Assembly (NCBI GenBank): GCA_016711485.1
Contig: JADJSX010000013.1
Coordinates: forward strand, 86,889-150,888
Origin: Leptospiraceae bacterium
GTDB taxonomy: Bacteria; Spirochaetota; Leptospiria; Leptospirales; Leptospiraceae
DNA: 64,000 nucleotides
Direction: 5' to 3'
This document shows, piece after piece, positions 49,818-60,130 of this stretch. The notes beneath the pieces are model-generated. The model saw only the letters and a list, made by a program, of their open reading frames with translations, searched no databases and was not told where the DNA came from. How positions within the stretch are numbered: the stretch's first letter is position 1; each line of letters opens with the position of its first letter. A program made the translations under genes and the position numbers.

Positions 49818-52800
49818 ATGAGATTCAATTTCCAAATATTTGTACTATTCATTTTATTTTTTTTTCTATTTCCCAATTTTTCTAAACAAATTCTAAGTAA
49901 TCCAATTCCGCAAGTTAATACGAAAGAAAGTATTTGTGAAGAAAAATTAAATAATCTCCTTGAATCTTTTGAAAATGGGAAAAATTTATTTTCTAAAGGT
50001 AAATACTCTGAAGCGCATAGATGTTTTCAGATATTTGTACAAAATATAAATAACAATCAAGACAATATGCAGAATAGAAAACATATACGCGAAGCTTATA
50101 TTTATAAAGGAGCAATTGAAACTTTATTGGGAGATTTTCCTAGTTCAATAAAAAGTTACCAAGATGCTTTAACCGCGATATATTCTCCTCCTATCAATAA
50201 TAAAGAAATTGAGTCTATTGATACTAAAAAAGAATTAGCCATGATTTATAATAATATTTATATTTCCGCCGCACATGACAAACAAGAAAAACTAGCAAGC
50301 GAATACAAAAAAAAACATGATAAAATAAGGAGTTTGGAAAAGGAAAAGGGAGCGACTAACAAATTGTATGCCGATGATTCCTTTGAACGTGGTTCTATTT
50401 ATTTTGGAGATGGAATTTTTAATTTAGAAAAAGGACTTAAGTTACGTCAGTCCCCAGATAAAGAAAAGGAAATGGTTGAGACTTTAGAGAAGGCAGTTCT
50501 AGCTTTAGAATATGCAGAAAAAGAATACTCTAAAAGTGAAGAAAGTGTAGCTAAAAATGTAATGTTAATTACTACATTGTTAAACGATTCCGCTGGTTTA
50601 GAAGTTAGCGGCAAACCAGAAGAAGCCCAAAAAAAATTCAAACTAGCTATCGACAAAAGAGAAACGTCTAAAGTGGAAGATAAGTATTTGGAAAGGACAT
50701 CGCAAACATTATTAAAATTAGTTGAGATAAAAAGAGAAATGAATAAAATTACTCCAGGAAAATACAAAGAAGAAGAAATACAAAAACAAAGTAATTATGC
50801 TAGAAAAATTCAAGAGTTCATATACCCAGACCAAAAGGATTGTAATAATCTACCGAAAAGAACATGGAATCTTCAGTTAGCTAATTATTATTTGGGAGAG
50901 GCTAATGATTTATTCAACAAAAACCGATTTGATGATTCACTCGTAAAAGCAGATTGCGCAGAAAAATATTTACAACTACCCGAAAAAGAGGATATTTATT
51001 ACAATCAATACTCGGAAGGTAGACAGTTTTTAATCAAAATCTTTACAGTTCAGAAAAATTTTTATAAAAAGAAAAACTTACAAAAGGACAAACTCAGAAA
51101 ATTAAATAGGATTTTAGATTTAATTCGAGAATATTATCTTTATTCTTACTCAATTGGATCAGATAAAGAAGATGAAATCAAAAGAGAAAAATACAGAGAT
51201 TTTTTTGAAGAAACTTTTTTGAGTTATACAAGAAAGAAAGAAGATATTAAGGATGCATTTATAGTTTCAGAAAAGTTTAGAAGTATTTCCATTTCTGATT
51301 TTATTAATTTAGACAAATCATTGTCTGTTCCTAACATAAATTCAGAAGATAAAAAGAAATTAATCAAACTAAAAAAAGAAATGAATCAAACAGCCGCTCA
51401 AAGTATGGCTTTTCGATTTTTGGATTTAGATTTAGTAGATATTTCACAGAAAAATAATAGTTTAACTTCCGAGTTCGAAAAACTGGATATTAAATTAAAA
51501 AAAGAAAATCAAGAATATAAAAAATTAAGGTACTCCTCGGATTTAAATTTTAAAGTGGATGATTTAATATCCTCCCTTAGTGCGGCTAACAAAGTTATGC
51601 TACATTTCTTTTTTACTGATGTAGAAAAAAATTCGGGAAACCTCCATGTTACAATTTTGGGTTCCAAGACAAAAGCTTGTTCAGGAATTTGTTCTTATTA
51701 CTACAAAGATATAATTGAATCCGAGTTAAGTAAAAAAATTCTATTTTATAAATTGTTATTATCAATAAATCCAAGAGAAATTAAAGGAGTGGCTGAAAAT
51801 TTATTAGTTATGGTAGATAAAGGTAATATTTCTGTACATAGCGATAAAGAAGAAGAAGTAAAAACATTTATTGGATCATTAGAAAAATCTAAAACAGAAA
51901 AAAAGTTAGATCATCCTTGTCCTGTGAAAAATGAAAAGTTTAATAAATGTGAGATTTACATTATCCCTAAAGACAAATATCCAATTTGGATCAAAGAGTT
52001 ATCCCAAGAGTTACATACACAATTAATCAGTCCCCTCTATCAAAATAAATATATCCAGCCAACATCAGAAAAAGAAATTGGGGAACAACTTGTAATTGCT
52101 CCTGATAAGTCTCTTTATTTTCTACCGTTTTCTGCCTTGATAGATGAAAATGGAAAATATTTTTTAGAGTCCCATGCACATTCCTATACTTTGTCTGCAG
52201 ATGTTTGGTACTATAATCACAAAAGATATATCGGAACGGAACATACAACCTTAGAGGGATTAATTGTCGGTGCATTCCAAGATTTTGAAACCCTACCAAA
52301 CTATTGTCAAAATGAATCATTAAAAGGACCAATAAAATTTATGACTTGTGTATTATCTGAATATCTCTCCGTACATGGGGAAGAAATGGATCTTATTAAA
52401 AAAACTTTCAATTCTGTAAAAAAAGAAATTATAGATATTCAAAAAAATATTCCTTCCAAGTTTTTAGACAACGCTGTTTATACACTGAAAGGCAATCTAG
52501 CGACAAAAGAGAACTTACAAGATATTTTGACTCTGAGTGAAAGTAGATATGTGCGTTATTTGCATATTGTAGGGCATGGAGTTAGTAATTCTTTAAGACC
52601 GGGTTTAAATTCTATTTTACTTTCTCCCGAATCATTGGAACCAAACCAAGCAGATGAAAAAAAAGAAATCGAAAATAGTTTATCTAGATTTTTAACGGAA
52701 GCAGATGTGATGGGAATGAACTTTTCTTCGGAATTAGTTACATTAAGCAGTTGTAGTTCGGCGACTGGTTTTGAATCGGACGCAGAGGGTAATATTGGTT

Positions 52801-53057
52801 TGCCTAGAGCCTTCATTATGAGTGGAGCTAGAAATGTATTAGGACCACTTTGGAACGTTAGTTCAACTAAAACAAAGGAGATAATGGGAAAATTTTATCA
52901 AACCGTAAATAAACTTAGAGCAGAAGAAAAATTAGGAGAAAGAAAGTCTGAAAATGAAGCCTTAATTTTACAAAATACATTAAACGAATTTCGGAAAAGA
53001 GAAGATCTTCATAATCATCCCTATTATTGGGCTGCGTTTGTCATTTATGGAGAGTAA
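49818..53057 (+). CDS. secreted TPR-like protein with a C-terminal CHAT protease domain (1079 aa)
   Basis: Signal peptide; long helical-repeat N-terminal region; C-terminal CHAT signature with the His/Cys dyad (RYLHIVGHGVSN...ELVTLSSCSSATG...GARNVLGPLWNVS). Confidence 0.8.
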   Translation: MRFNFQIFVLFILFFFLFPNFSKQILSNPIPQVNTKESICEEKLNNLLESFENGKNLFSKGKYSEAHRCFQIFVQNINNNQDNMQNRKHIREAYIYKGAIETLLGDFPSSIKSYQDALTAIYSPPINNKEIESIDTKKELAMIYNNIYISAAHDKQEKLASEYKKKHDKIRSLEKEKGATNKLYADDSFERGSIYFGDGIFNLEKGLKLRQSPDKEKEMVETLEKAVLALEYAEKEYSKSEESVAKNVMLITTLLNDSAGLEVSGKPEEAQKKFKLAIDKRETSKVEDKYLERTSQTLLKLVEIKREMNKITPGKYKEEEIQKQSNYARKIQEFIYPDQKDCNNLPKRTWNLQLANYYLGEANDLFNKNRFDDSLVKADCAEKYLQLPEKEDIYYNQYSEGRQFLIKIFTVQKNFYKKKNLQKDKLRKLNRILDLIREYYLYSYSIGSDKEDEIKREKYRDFFEETFLSYTRKKEDIKDAFIVSEKFRSISISDFINLDKSLSVPNINSEDKKKLIKLKKEMNQTAAQSMAFRFLDLDLVDISQKNNSLTSEFEKLDIKLKKENQEYKKLRYSSDLNFKVDDLISSLSAANKVMLHFFFTDVEKNSGNLHVTILGSKTKACSGICSYYYKDIIESELSKKILFYKLLLSINPREIKGVAENLLVMVDKGNISVHSDKEEEVKTFIGSLEKSKTEKKLDHPCPVKNEKFNKCEIYIIPKDKYPIWIKELSQELHTQLISPLYQNKYIQPTSEKEIGEQLVIAPDKSLYFLPFSALIDENGKYFLESHAHSYTLSADVWYYNHKRYIGTEHTTLEGLIVGAFQDFETLPNYCQNESLKGPIKFMTCVLSEYLSVHGEEMDLIKKTFNSVKKEIIDIQKNIPSKFLDNAVYTLKGNLATKENLQDILTLSESRYVRYLHIVGHGVSNSLRPGLNSILLSPESLEPNQADEKKEIENSLSRFLTEADVMGMNFSSELVTLSSCSSATGFESDAEGNIGLPRAFIMSGARNVLGPLWNVSSTKTKEIMGKFYQTVNKLRAEEKLGERKSENEALILQNTLNEFRKREDLHNHPYYWAAFVIYGE

Positions 53058-53312
53058 TTATTTGTCCTTTTTATCTCCAATTGGAAAAACAAATGACTTT
53101 TTCTTATTTCTGTAGTCAGCCCGATTTTCCGAATCAACTTTACAGTTATTATCCGAATTGTCCCAAATGCAGGCAAATTTGGAATCAATTGTAAAGTTTA
53201 AACAAACTTCTTTCTCTTTTTGTTGGTTACATTTTTCTTCGTTTGTTTCGGAAAATAAAAAAGTAGAAGAAACAAACATTAAAAAAGCGAGTAATCGTAC
53301 AATCATTTTCAT
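53058..53312 (-). CDS. small secreted Cys-rich protein (84 aa)
   Basis: Signal peptide (MKMIVRLLAFLMFVSSTFLFS) and five Cys. It is convergent with and abuts the CHAT gene. Confidence 0.5.
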   Translation of the reverse strand: MKMIVRLLAFLMFVSSTFLFSETNEEKCNQQKEKEVCLNFTIDSKFACIWDNSDNNCKVDSENRADYRNKKKSFVFPIGDKKDK

Positions 53313-53408
53313 ACGTCACCTCCTAAGGTTCGTTCATTCTTGACTATAATTATCAGGAATGTCAACTACTTTATTGACGAATTAATTATAAAAAATTAAC
53401 AAGGTGAA

Positions 53409-55169
53409 ATGAAATCTTTATTTTTCCTTTTTTGTTTTTCCTTTGGAATATTTGCCCAAACTAATCTAAATCAAAATACAAATTTGTTTTCACCAAATGA
53501 GTTTGATAAAGCGGTATTAACATTGAATATCTATGATATTCAAAATAATAGTTTTTATTTAGAAATTGATTTTAGTAAATACCCGGAAGAAAAGCCAAAT
53601 GTTTTACCTAAATTTCTTTTGGGTCAAGCACTTGATTTTAATAAGTATTATTGGGAAGTAAAAGAAAAAGAATTTTCTTTTTATAGAGACGAAACGCAAA
53701 TACCCGTAATTTTTTTAATGAATGAAACAGTTCCTCTAGAAGTTTCCTCTGTTTATTGCATAAGAGAAAGCAAAAAGGTTTATTTATTTTTATATGGGGG
53801 AAGTTCTTCTGATATTCAAGAAGTAAAAAAAGTAAGTGTTAGTTTATATGAAAAAGATAGTAAAAGTTTTTTAACCAAAATAAAAGAAATTAATATTCCA
53901 GAAAGTATGAAATATGCGAGACCACCAGTAGTTTTAGATAGTATTGTAAAAGGTGTGTACCCTGGAAAACCTATTAGTTTTTTGGGATATAACTTGGATA
54001 AAGTTTCTAGAATTTATCTAATGGATAAAAAGTTAGGTAGTAATGGTTTAATGAATGAAGCCTATTTACAATACGAAGATAGTGGAATTACAGTAAATCC
54101 GATTTCCGAAGCGGATAAGGAGTTTATATCCCCCAGTAATAAAGACCAAGTGAAGGAAAAATTAACATTTTCTTTGCATGGTGATTACAATAAAATGTTA
54201 AATGATAGTAGGGATGTAAGTTTTGCCGGAAAATATTTTGGAGTAAAACTAGATGCCATCCTTTATAGTAATGGTCGTGTTTCTAGTCCCTTTGAAATCA
54301 CTCTATTATCCAGTCACTGGAAAAAATATGCGATATTCTTTAGTGTATTTATCATATTTATATTAGTTGCATTAGTTGGGATTATCACACGAAAATTATT
54401 ATACCTCCCCAATCTTTTAATTGATACAAATACGAACTCTTATTCTCTAAGTGCACTTCAAGCTTTTTGTTGGACGGTTGCATTATTATTTAGTTATGGG
54501 TATATAGCATTTTGCCGCGCCATTATTATTCAAAGTGGGGAGATTCCTGAGTTTCCTTCGAGTTTGCTAATCTTAATGGGAATTAGTTATGGGGGATTAC
54601 TCGGAGTATCCTCTATCCAAAAATTTGTTCCTCAAAAAGCACATAGGAGAAAAGAAGCTAGGTTAAGAGATCTTTTTTCTGTTGGGGAAGGAGATATTAA
54701 TTTGGCAAGAGTTCAGTTATTTGGATTTAATTTACTGGTTTTAATTGTTTATATTGTAAATATTCTAATCATTGATCCACTCAATGAATTACCGGAAGTT
54801 CCAATGACTTTAGAAGGACTTTTAATTGGTAGTCATGCAGGTTATATTGGCTCCAAGTTAGTCAATGACAAAGTATTTATCAATCTCATTTATCCTCTTC
54901 AAGTATTCACTAAAACGGAAGAACAAAAATTAATTCTAATTGGTGGTGGATTTAAAGAAGGAATTAAAGTGATCCTAGATGGAGAAGAACCGAGAGCGGC
55001 TAAGTTCATTAGTCCGAATCAAATAGAATGTATTCTTCCTGTTTTGCAAAATTCAGGCAGTAAACATCTCACCATTGTTTCTAGTGACGGAAGTATGACT
55101 GAATACATTTCGCCAATTGAGATAATAGAAAAGAACCAAAAAGTTGAAATAGATTCAACTTCCACTTAG
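53409..55169 (+). CDS. membrane protein (586 aa): signal peptide, extracytoplasmic N-terminal domain, ~5 TM helices, C-terminal Ig-like (IPT/TIG-like) region
   Basis: Hydrophobic segments (YAIFFSVFIIFILVALVGII, LQAFCWTVALLFSYGYIAF, LLILMGISYGGLLGV, LFGFNLLVLIVYIVNILII, LLIGSHAGYIGSKLV). C-terminal LILIGGGFKEGIKVILDGEE...IECILPV resembles an IPT domain. Confidence 0.6.
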   Translation: MKSLFFLFCFSFGIFAQTNLNQNTNLFSPNEFDKAVLTLNIYDIQNNSFYLEIDFSKYPEEKPNVLPKFLLGQALDFNKYYWEVKEKEFSFYRDETQIPVIFLMNETVPLEVSSVYCIRESKKVYLFLYGGSSSDIQEVKKVSVSLYEKDSKSFLTKIKEINIPESMKYARPPVVLDSIVKGVYPGKPISFLGYNLDKVSRIYLMDKKLGSNGLMNEAYLQYEDSGITVNPISEADKEFISPSNKDQVKEKLTFSLHGDYNKMLNDSRDVSFAGKYFGVKLDAILYSNGRVSSPFEITLLSSHWKKYAIFFSVFIIFILVALVGIITRKLLYLPNLLIDTNTNSYSLSALQAFCWTVALLFSYGYIAFCRAIIIQSGEIPEFPSSLLILMGISYGGLLGVSSIQKFVPQKAHRRKEARLRDLFSVGEGDINLARVQLFGFNLLVLIVYIVNILIIDPLNELPEVPMTLEGLLIGSHAGYIGSKLVNDKVFINLIYPLQVFTKTEEQKLILIGGGFKEGIKVILDGEEPRAAKFISPNQIECILPVLQNSGSKHLTIVSSDGSMTEYISPIEIIEKNQKVEIDSTST

Positions 55170-55389
55170 ACTTCCTTGCGAATTTTGGGGTATTTATCAT
55201 ATGAACTTATTTAGTCATTTCTATTTTAATTACCCTTCCATTTCCACTCTAGAAAATTTCTTTTTATTTTTAGCAAGCTCTCTATTTTTATTTTTTATTC
55301 CAATACAGGAAAAACCTATCTGCGGCTAAAGGCAAATATTTTCTATAAACAGGGAGACTTCCAAAAAGCTGCAGAGGTTTATTCTAAAT

Positions 55390-55565
55390 TATTAACTGAC
55401 ATTACGCAAAATTGATAATTTACGGAGCCAAAGATGATTTTGAGAATATTAGAGAATGCTAATGAATTAATAAATTCAATAGCCTGCGGCAGCAAGCCCA
55501 CCGCTAGGTGCAAACCTCAAGCGGAAGCTGGACTCACCTTGCGTAAGGTGAGTTATTAAATGTAT
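55390..55565 (+). other. small-ORF/hairpin element copy B; candidate 41-codon ORF at 55434..55559
   Basis: Upstream box ttattaactgacattacgcaaaattgataattt, RBS ggag, and ORF MILRILENANELINSIACGSKPTARCKPQAEAGLTLRKVSY*. The 3' hairpin ctcacctt-gcgt-aaggtgag is followed by ttattaaat. Confidence 0.35.
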
Positions 55566-55579
55566 ATCCTGGGGAATCC

Positions 55580-55819
55580 ATGTTCTTGTTAGCTGCTGCA
55601 AAGAGTTTTAGGCTAAGTAACCAACTTGAATTAGCCGCAGACTATTCAGAAAGATTGAAATTAAGAGAGCCTATGAATCTAATTAACCTAATTCTACTGA
55701 TTGAGATTTACATTGACTTAAAAATGTATGCAAGAGCCAAAAAGATATTAGACAATGCATTGTATGTAGACAGTGCCAATACAAAACTTTCTGAATTAAA
55801 AAAACGACTTGCAATATAA
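55580..55819 (+). pseudogene. C-terminal fragment (79 aa) homologous to the TPR-like tails of the PP2C-family proteins 28804..34575 and 34645..37023
   Basis: ADYSERLKLREPMNLINLILLIEIYIDLKMYARAKKILDNAL...LSELKKRLAI aligns with VDFGERFRMRRPEHLDNLMNLIDTYKGLGRMERAKVILDDCIKLD...ILKFKKELEIK and IDFGERVRLREPENIENIVNLVDAYLKNSNKDRAKVILKDSLKLN...LLKLKDELNM. Confidence 0.5.
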
Positions 55820-55869
55820 TCGAAAAATATACACGTACCTAATTTTATTCTAGGATAAGTGAGGCTTCC

Positions 55870-56067
55870 ATGAGCCAAATAAAGAGTATAGAAAAGCTAC
55901 CACAAGAGGCAAGGGACTTAGTGGAGGTTGGGTTAAGAGCGGATCAAGTGAAAAGAGAGTCGACATTATCCTATTACATCGGTTTGGGAAAATTTACAGA
56001 AAGCCAGAAAAAACGAATAAGGACGAAACATGAAAAAAGAAATATGGAAATACCTGACAAAGGTTAA
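55870..56067 (+). CDS. hypothetical small protein (65 aa)
   Basis: ORF only; it overlaps the start of the next ORF in a different frame. Confidence 0.3.
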   Translation: MSQIKSIEKLPQEARDLVEVGLRADQVKRESTLSYYIGLGKFTESQKKRIRTKHEKRNMEIPDKG

Positions 56068-56530
56068 TAAACTACAAAGTATATTTAAAATAATTTTACT
56101 AACAATTTTATTTATAAACCCTATTTTAATCGCGGATGATCAATCGAATGATTTAAGAATTTCTACATCAGACAACAATAGCAGTGGTTGCGATTTAGCT
56201 GTTGCAGGCTTTGATACTAAGGAGCAATTTTTAAGTTTTTTTGAGAAATTAAAAAAAGCTGCTTCCCAAAAAGATAAAAAGGCACTTTCCGAGTTGATGC
56301 ATTATCCACTAAATACATTCGCGAAAAATTATCCAAAGTCTATTAAGAATAAAAAAATATTTATAAAAGACTTTGATAAAGTGATGTCAACTAAATTACT
56401 GGATTTAATTCAAAATCAAGAAGTGGAAAAAATATTTTGTAAAAGTGATGGTGTGATGCTTGGAAATGGCGAAGTTTGGATTAATGTCTATAAGAAGCAA
56501 GTATTGGTAACTACATTAACTTCAAATTAA
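56030..56530 (+). CDS. hypothetical secreted protein (166 aa)
   Basis: N-terminal hydrophobic segment (IFKIILLTILFINPILIA). No recognisable domain. Confidence 0.5.
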   Translation: MKKEIWKYLTKVNKLQSIFKIILLTILFINPILIADDQSNDLRISTSDNNSSGCDLAVAGFDTKEQFLSFFEKLKKAASQKDKKALSELMHYPLNTFAKNYPKSIKNKKIFIKDFDKVMSTKLLDLIQNQEVEKIFCKSDGVMLGNGEVWINVYKKQVLVTTLTSN

Positions 56531-56720
56531 ATAAAAACCTTTCCTTAAAGACGTAAGAGTATTTAAGAGTTACTCGTTATTTGCGGCAAATGATTACTAG
56601 CCCTATTGTGCGAGTTTCGACTAATACAATAACTTTGAGAAGCACAACAGACATTTTTCTAATTTGATAAATACTCATTTTACATAATCAGTATCTCTTG
56701 ATTTATAGTAAGGAAAGTCT

Positions 56721-59700
56721 ATGAAAACACTTGTAAAATTTTTTCTCGAACGTCCTATCTTAGTTAATATAATCGTACTTTTAGTATTTGGTTATTCCTT
56801 AACTTCCATTTCTAAAATGAAAAAAGAAGCCTTTCCTGAATTAGCGTTAGGTCGATTTGTCATAACAACGATTTACCCGGGAGCGTCGGCGGGAGACATT
56901 GAGTTAAATGTCACTTTGCCCATTGAAGAAACATTAAGAGAAGTGGAAGGTATACAAGAATTAAAATCCTATTCGAGAGAAAGTGTATCAATCGTTGACA
57001 TTACCGCAAATGAAAATTATGAAAAACAAGAATTACAAAGAATGTATATGGACATTGATAGTGCATTATCCACTGTTAAAAATCTCCCTTCGGGATTAGA
57101 TAATAAACCTATCTTAGAAGAAATTTCCTCTAGTGATCTTCCTGTTGTAGAAATAACATTTTCCGGTGAATACAAAGACCTAATTCAATTTCTTCCCAAG
57201 GTGGAAGATGAAATCGCCGGCATAAACGGAATAGCCTCTGTAACACGAATTGGTTTAGGGGACGAAGAAGTTCATATTTTAGTTGATCCACTAGAAGCCA
57301 AAAAAAATTACGTAGACCTTCTCATGATCGCAAATGCAATTAAAAAAAGAAATATACATGGATCCGGTGGAACCTTACAATCCTTTACCGATGAAAAAAA
57401 AATCGTTTCCTACGAAAAATTTAATACTCCAGAAGAAGTATTAAATACAAATATTTTAATGTCACAGGATGGATTCGGTGTAAAATTAAAAAATGTAGCA
57501 ACGATTGAATACAAAGAAAAAGATACAAAGTTAATCGTACGAAACAACGGAAAGAGAGGAGCGTCTTTATTAATAAAAAAACAATCGACAGCAGATATAT
57601 TAAAAACAATTGATTCCGTTTCTGAGTATTTGGACAAATTACAATTACCCGCAGGTGTAAGTTTTAAAAAATTAAACGATGGTTCTAAACTCACTCGAAA
57701 TAGAATTCAACTGGTAATGGGAAATGCGATAGTCGGATTTATACTCGTTGTTATAAGTTTGTTTATCGTGTTTGATATAAAAACAGCTCTATGGACAGGA
57801 TTTGGAATTCCATTTACACTTCTAACTTGTCTCGTTATTTTATACTCGAAAGGTCTTACATTAAATATGTTTGTCCTAGGAGGATTTATTTTAGTCATTG
57901 GAATGTTGGTGGATGATGCAATAGTTATTGCAGAAACGATTAACCGCAATCTAGAAAATGGTTTACCACCAATAGAAGCCGCATCCTCCGCTGTAGCCGA
58001 AGTTTGGAAACCAGTAATCGCATCCTCCGCTACCACAATGGTTGCTTTTTCTCCATTAGTTAGTCTCGGCGGACTTCCTGGAAAATTTATTTGGATGATA
58101 CCTCTCGTTGTAATTTTGTGTTTAACCATATCTCTATTCGAAAGTTTTTTTCTACTTCCCGTTCACTTATCTGAGGGTAAACACAAACCAATCGAGAAAA
58201 AACAATTCATTCTAAAATTAGAAGAAATGTATAGAGGTTTACTTCAATTAACCTTCCGAAACAAAAAGAAATTTTTATTGTCCATTTTTGTTTTACTCGT
58301 AAGCACTTTTTTAATCGGAAAATTTCTACTTAAAAAAGAACCATTCCCACAAGAAGGTGCGGAAGGATTTATCGTTTCCCTAGTACTTCCCAAAGGATCT
58401 AGTTTAGAAAGAACCGAAACAGTTGTAAAAAAAATCGAAGAAGAATTATTAAAATTACCAGAAATAGAATTAGATGGATTCAGTGCTCGCGTAGGAACAA
58501 ATAGCGAAAACAATGCCACAGAAATCGGAAGCCAAGCAAATGCGGGAGTAATTTTTGTATATTTAAAACCATACCAAAATCGCAAAAGAACAGCAGAAGA
58601 AATAAGAGAATCAATCAAACTTAAACTCGATGAAGTTATCAAAAAAGAAGTGGATAATTTCACAACCAAAATCATTCGATTTGGACCACCTTTAGGAAGG
58701 CCATTTGAAATTAGAGTTGTGAGCAATGATAGTGAAATCAGAAAAAGTAAAATGGAAGAAATAAAAAAATACTTATCGACTATCGGTGGCATATATGATA
58801 TAGACGACGATGAATTGGAAGGAAAAGGAGAATTGAATTTAGTGATTAATCATGATTTGCTTTCACGTTCAGGATTAACAGTTGAAGACTTGATGAATTC
58901 CTTTCATATTGCTTACGAAGGACTTGTAGTAACCGATATTGTTACATTGGATAAAACTTTGGAATTCCGATTAAAGTTAAACGAAAAGGCAAGATCAGAC
59001 ATCAACTTCATTTATAAATTACCTCTCTTAAATAAACTAGGACAGGAGATTAACTTAAAACAAATTCTAACCGTGAGTGAATCCAAATCCTTAGAAGAAA
59101 TGAAACATATAGACAGAAAAAGATTCGGAGCAGTATTTGGAAATTTAGACAGAGGAAAAATTACGCCCGAAGAAGTGATGTTGAAAGTTAAAGAAAAATT
59201 TCCATCCGGAGAAACCTACAAAATTGATTATTCGGGTGAACCAATCGAAAATCAAAAGATATTTAAAAATTTAGGTGTTGCCGCCATCATTGCACTCTTG
59301 AGTGTATATTTAATCATAGTATTTATATTTAACTCCTTCTTTAAACCTTTCATTGTAATACTCGCAATCCCTTTTGGGATAATCGGTGTTATTTACTCTA
59401 TTTTCCTGCATGGAATGGCTCTATCTATGTTTGTGGGAATTGCATTGATTGGATTAATGGGGGTAATCGTGAATAACTCCATACTAATGGTCTACACTAC
59501 TTCGGAAGGATCAGAAGGTGGACTTACTGATGAAATAATCATAAATGGCGCAGTTCAAAGGCTAAGACCTATTATGCTCACAACGATTACAACAATCCTT
59601 GGTCTACTACCAACCGCCTACGGAATCGGTGGACATGATCCTGTACTGTCCCCAATGAGTCTTGCTCTATCTTACGGTTTGTTATTTGGAACGATTGTTG

Positions 59701-59768
59701 TATTGTATTTTATACCGGTGATATATTCCTATGCAAATCATATGGAAAAAGTATTTCAAAGGAAATAA
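56721..59768 (+). CDS. RND-family efflux transporter permease (AcrB-like, 1015 aa)
   Basis: Typical RND N-terminus (FFLERPILVNIIVLLVFGYSL...), two large periplasmic loops and 12 TM segments. No membrane-fusion-protein gene lies adjacent. Confidence 0.85.
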   Translation: MKTLVKFFLERPILVNIIVLLVFGYSLTSISKMKKEAFPELALGRFVITTIYPGASAGDIELNVTLPIEETLREVEGIQELKSYSRESVSIVDITANENYEKQELQRMYMDIDSALSTVKNLPSGLDNKPILEEISSSDLPVVEITFSGEYKDLIQFLPKVEDEIAGINGIASVTRIGLGDEEVHILVDPLEAKKNYVDLLMIANAIKKRNIHGSGGTLQSFTDEKKIVSYEKFNTPEEVLNTNILMSQDGFGVKLKNVATIEYKEKDTKLIVRNNGKRGASLLIKKQSTADILKTIDSVSEYLDKLQLPAGVSFKKLNDGSKLTRNRIQLVMGNAIVGFILVVISLFIVFDIKTALWTGFGIPFTLLTCLVILYSKGLTLNMFVLGGFILVIGMLVDDAIVIAETINRNLENGLPPIEAASSAVAEVWKPVIASSATTMVAFSPLVSLGGLPGKFIWMIPLVVILCLTISLFESFFLLPVHLSEGKHKPIEKKQFILKLEEMYRGLLQLTFRNKKKFLLSIFVLLVSTFLIGKFLLKKEPFPQEGAEGFIVSLVLPKGSSLERTETVVKKIEEELLKLPEIELDGFSARVGTNSENNATEIGSQANAGVIFVYLKPYQNRKRTAEEIRESIKLKLDEVIKKEVDNFTTKIIRFGPPLGRPFEIRVVSNDSEIRKSKMEEIKKYLSTIGGIYDIDDDELEGKGELNLVINHDLLSRSGLTVEDLMNSFHIAYEGLVVTDIVTLDKTLEFRLKLNEKARSDINFIYKLPLLNKLGQEINLKQILTVSESKSLEEMKHIDRKRFGAVFGNLDRGKITPEEVMLKVKEKFPSGETYKIDYSGEPIENQKIFKNLGVAAIIALLSVYLIIVFIFNSFFKPFIVILAIPFGIIGVIYSIFLHGMALSMFVGIALIGLMGVIVNNSILMVYTTSEGSEGGLTDEIIINGAVQRLRPIMLTTITTILGLLPTAYGIGGHDPVLSPMSLALSYGLLFGTIVVLYFIPVIYSYANHMEKVFQRK

Positions 59769-59846
59769 CCTTAGGACCATCCGGCATGCCAGATCATTTG
59801 AATTGTTGAGTAAAAACATGTGGGGAGCTTATCAAATCCATCCGGA

Positions 59847-60018
59847 CTAAAACTTCCCCTCTCTCTCCAGAATTATCTTCAACAATTCCGTATCATTCTT
59901 CTCCTCGGCAATCTTCTTGGCTTGGTCATTGTATTTTTTGGCGTTAGACTTATCGCCTAACTTTAGGTAGATCTCGGCGAATGTGTTGAGATAATTTGGG
60001 TATGCGTTATTCCTTTTT
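59847..60018 (-). pseudogene. C-terminal TPR-like gene fragment truncated at its 5' end by the REP cluster
   Basis: The minus-strand frame ...SNRQKRNNAYPNYLNTFAEIYLKLGDKSNAKKYNDQAKKIAEEKNDTELLKIILEREGKF* has no in-frame ATG. The frame opens at a stop codon inside the REP tandem repeat. Confidence 0.45.
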
Positions 60019-60020
60019 TG

Positions 60021-60130
60021 TCTATTAGATTAGAGGACGTCTGCCGGTTCTATTAGAGGACGTCCGCCGGTTCTATTAGAGGACGTCCGCCGGTTCTATT
60101 AGAGGACGTCCGCCGGGCGTCCCTACGGGA
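60021..60130. repeat. tandem array (~4 x 23 bp, tctattagaggacgtccgccggt) of GC-rich REP-like palindromic units abutting the RAYT stop codon
   Basis: Read directly. The unit contains the palindrome GGACGTCC. The array ends in cgtccctacggg, which provides the TAG stop of the transposase. Confidence 0.75.

Noticed and set aside
60021-60130. Possible CRISPR array (regular 23-bp GC-rich repeats)
   Set aside because: The units abut directly with no intervening spacers and contain REP-type palindromes (GGACGTCC). They lie next to a RAYT transposase and no cas genes are present. This is a REP tandem array, not a CRISPR.
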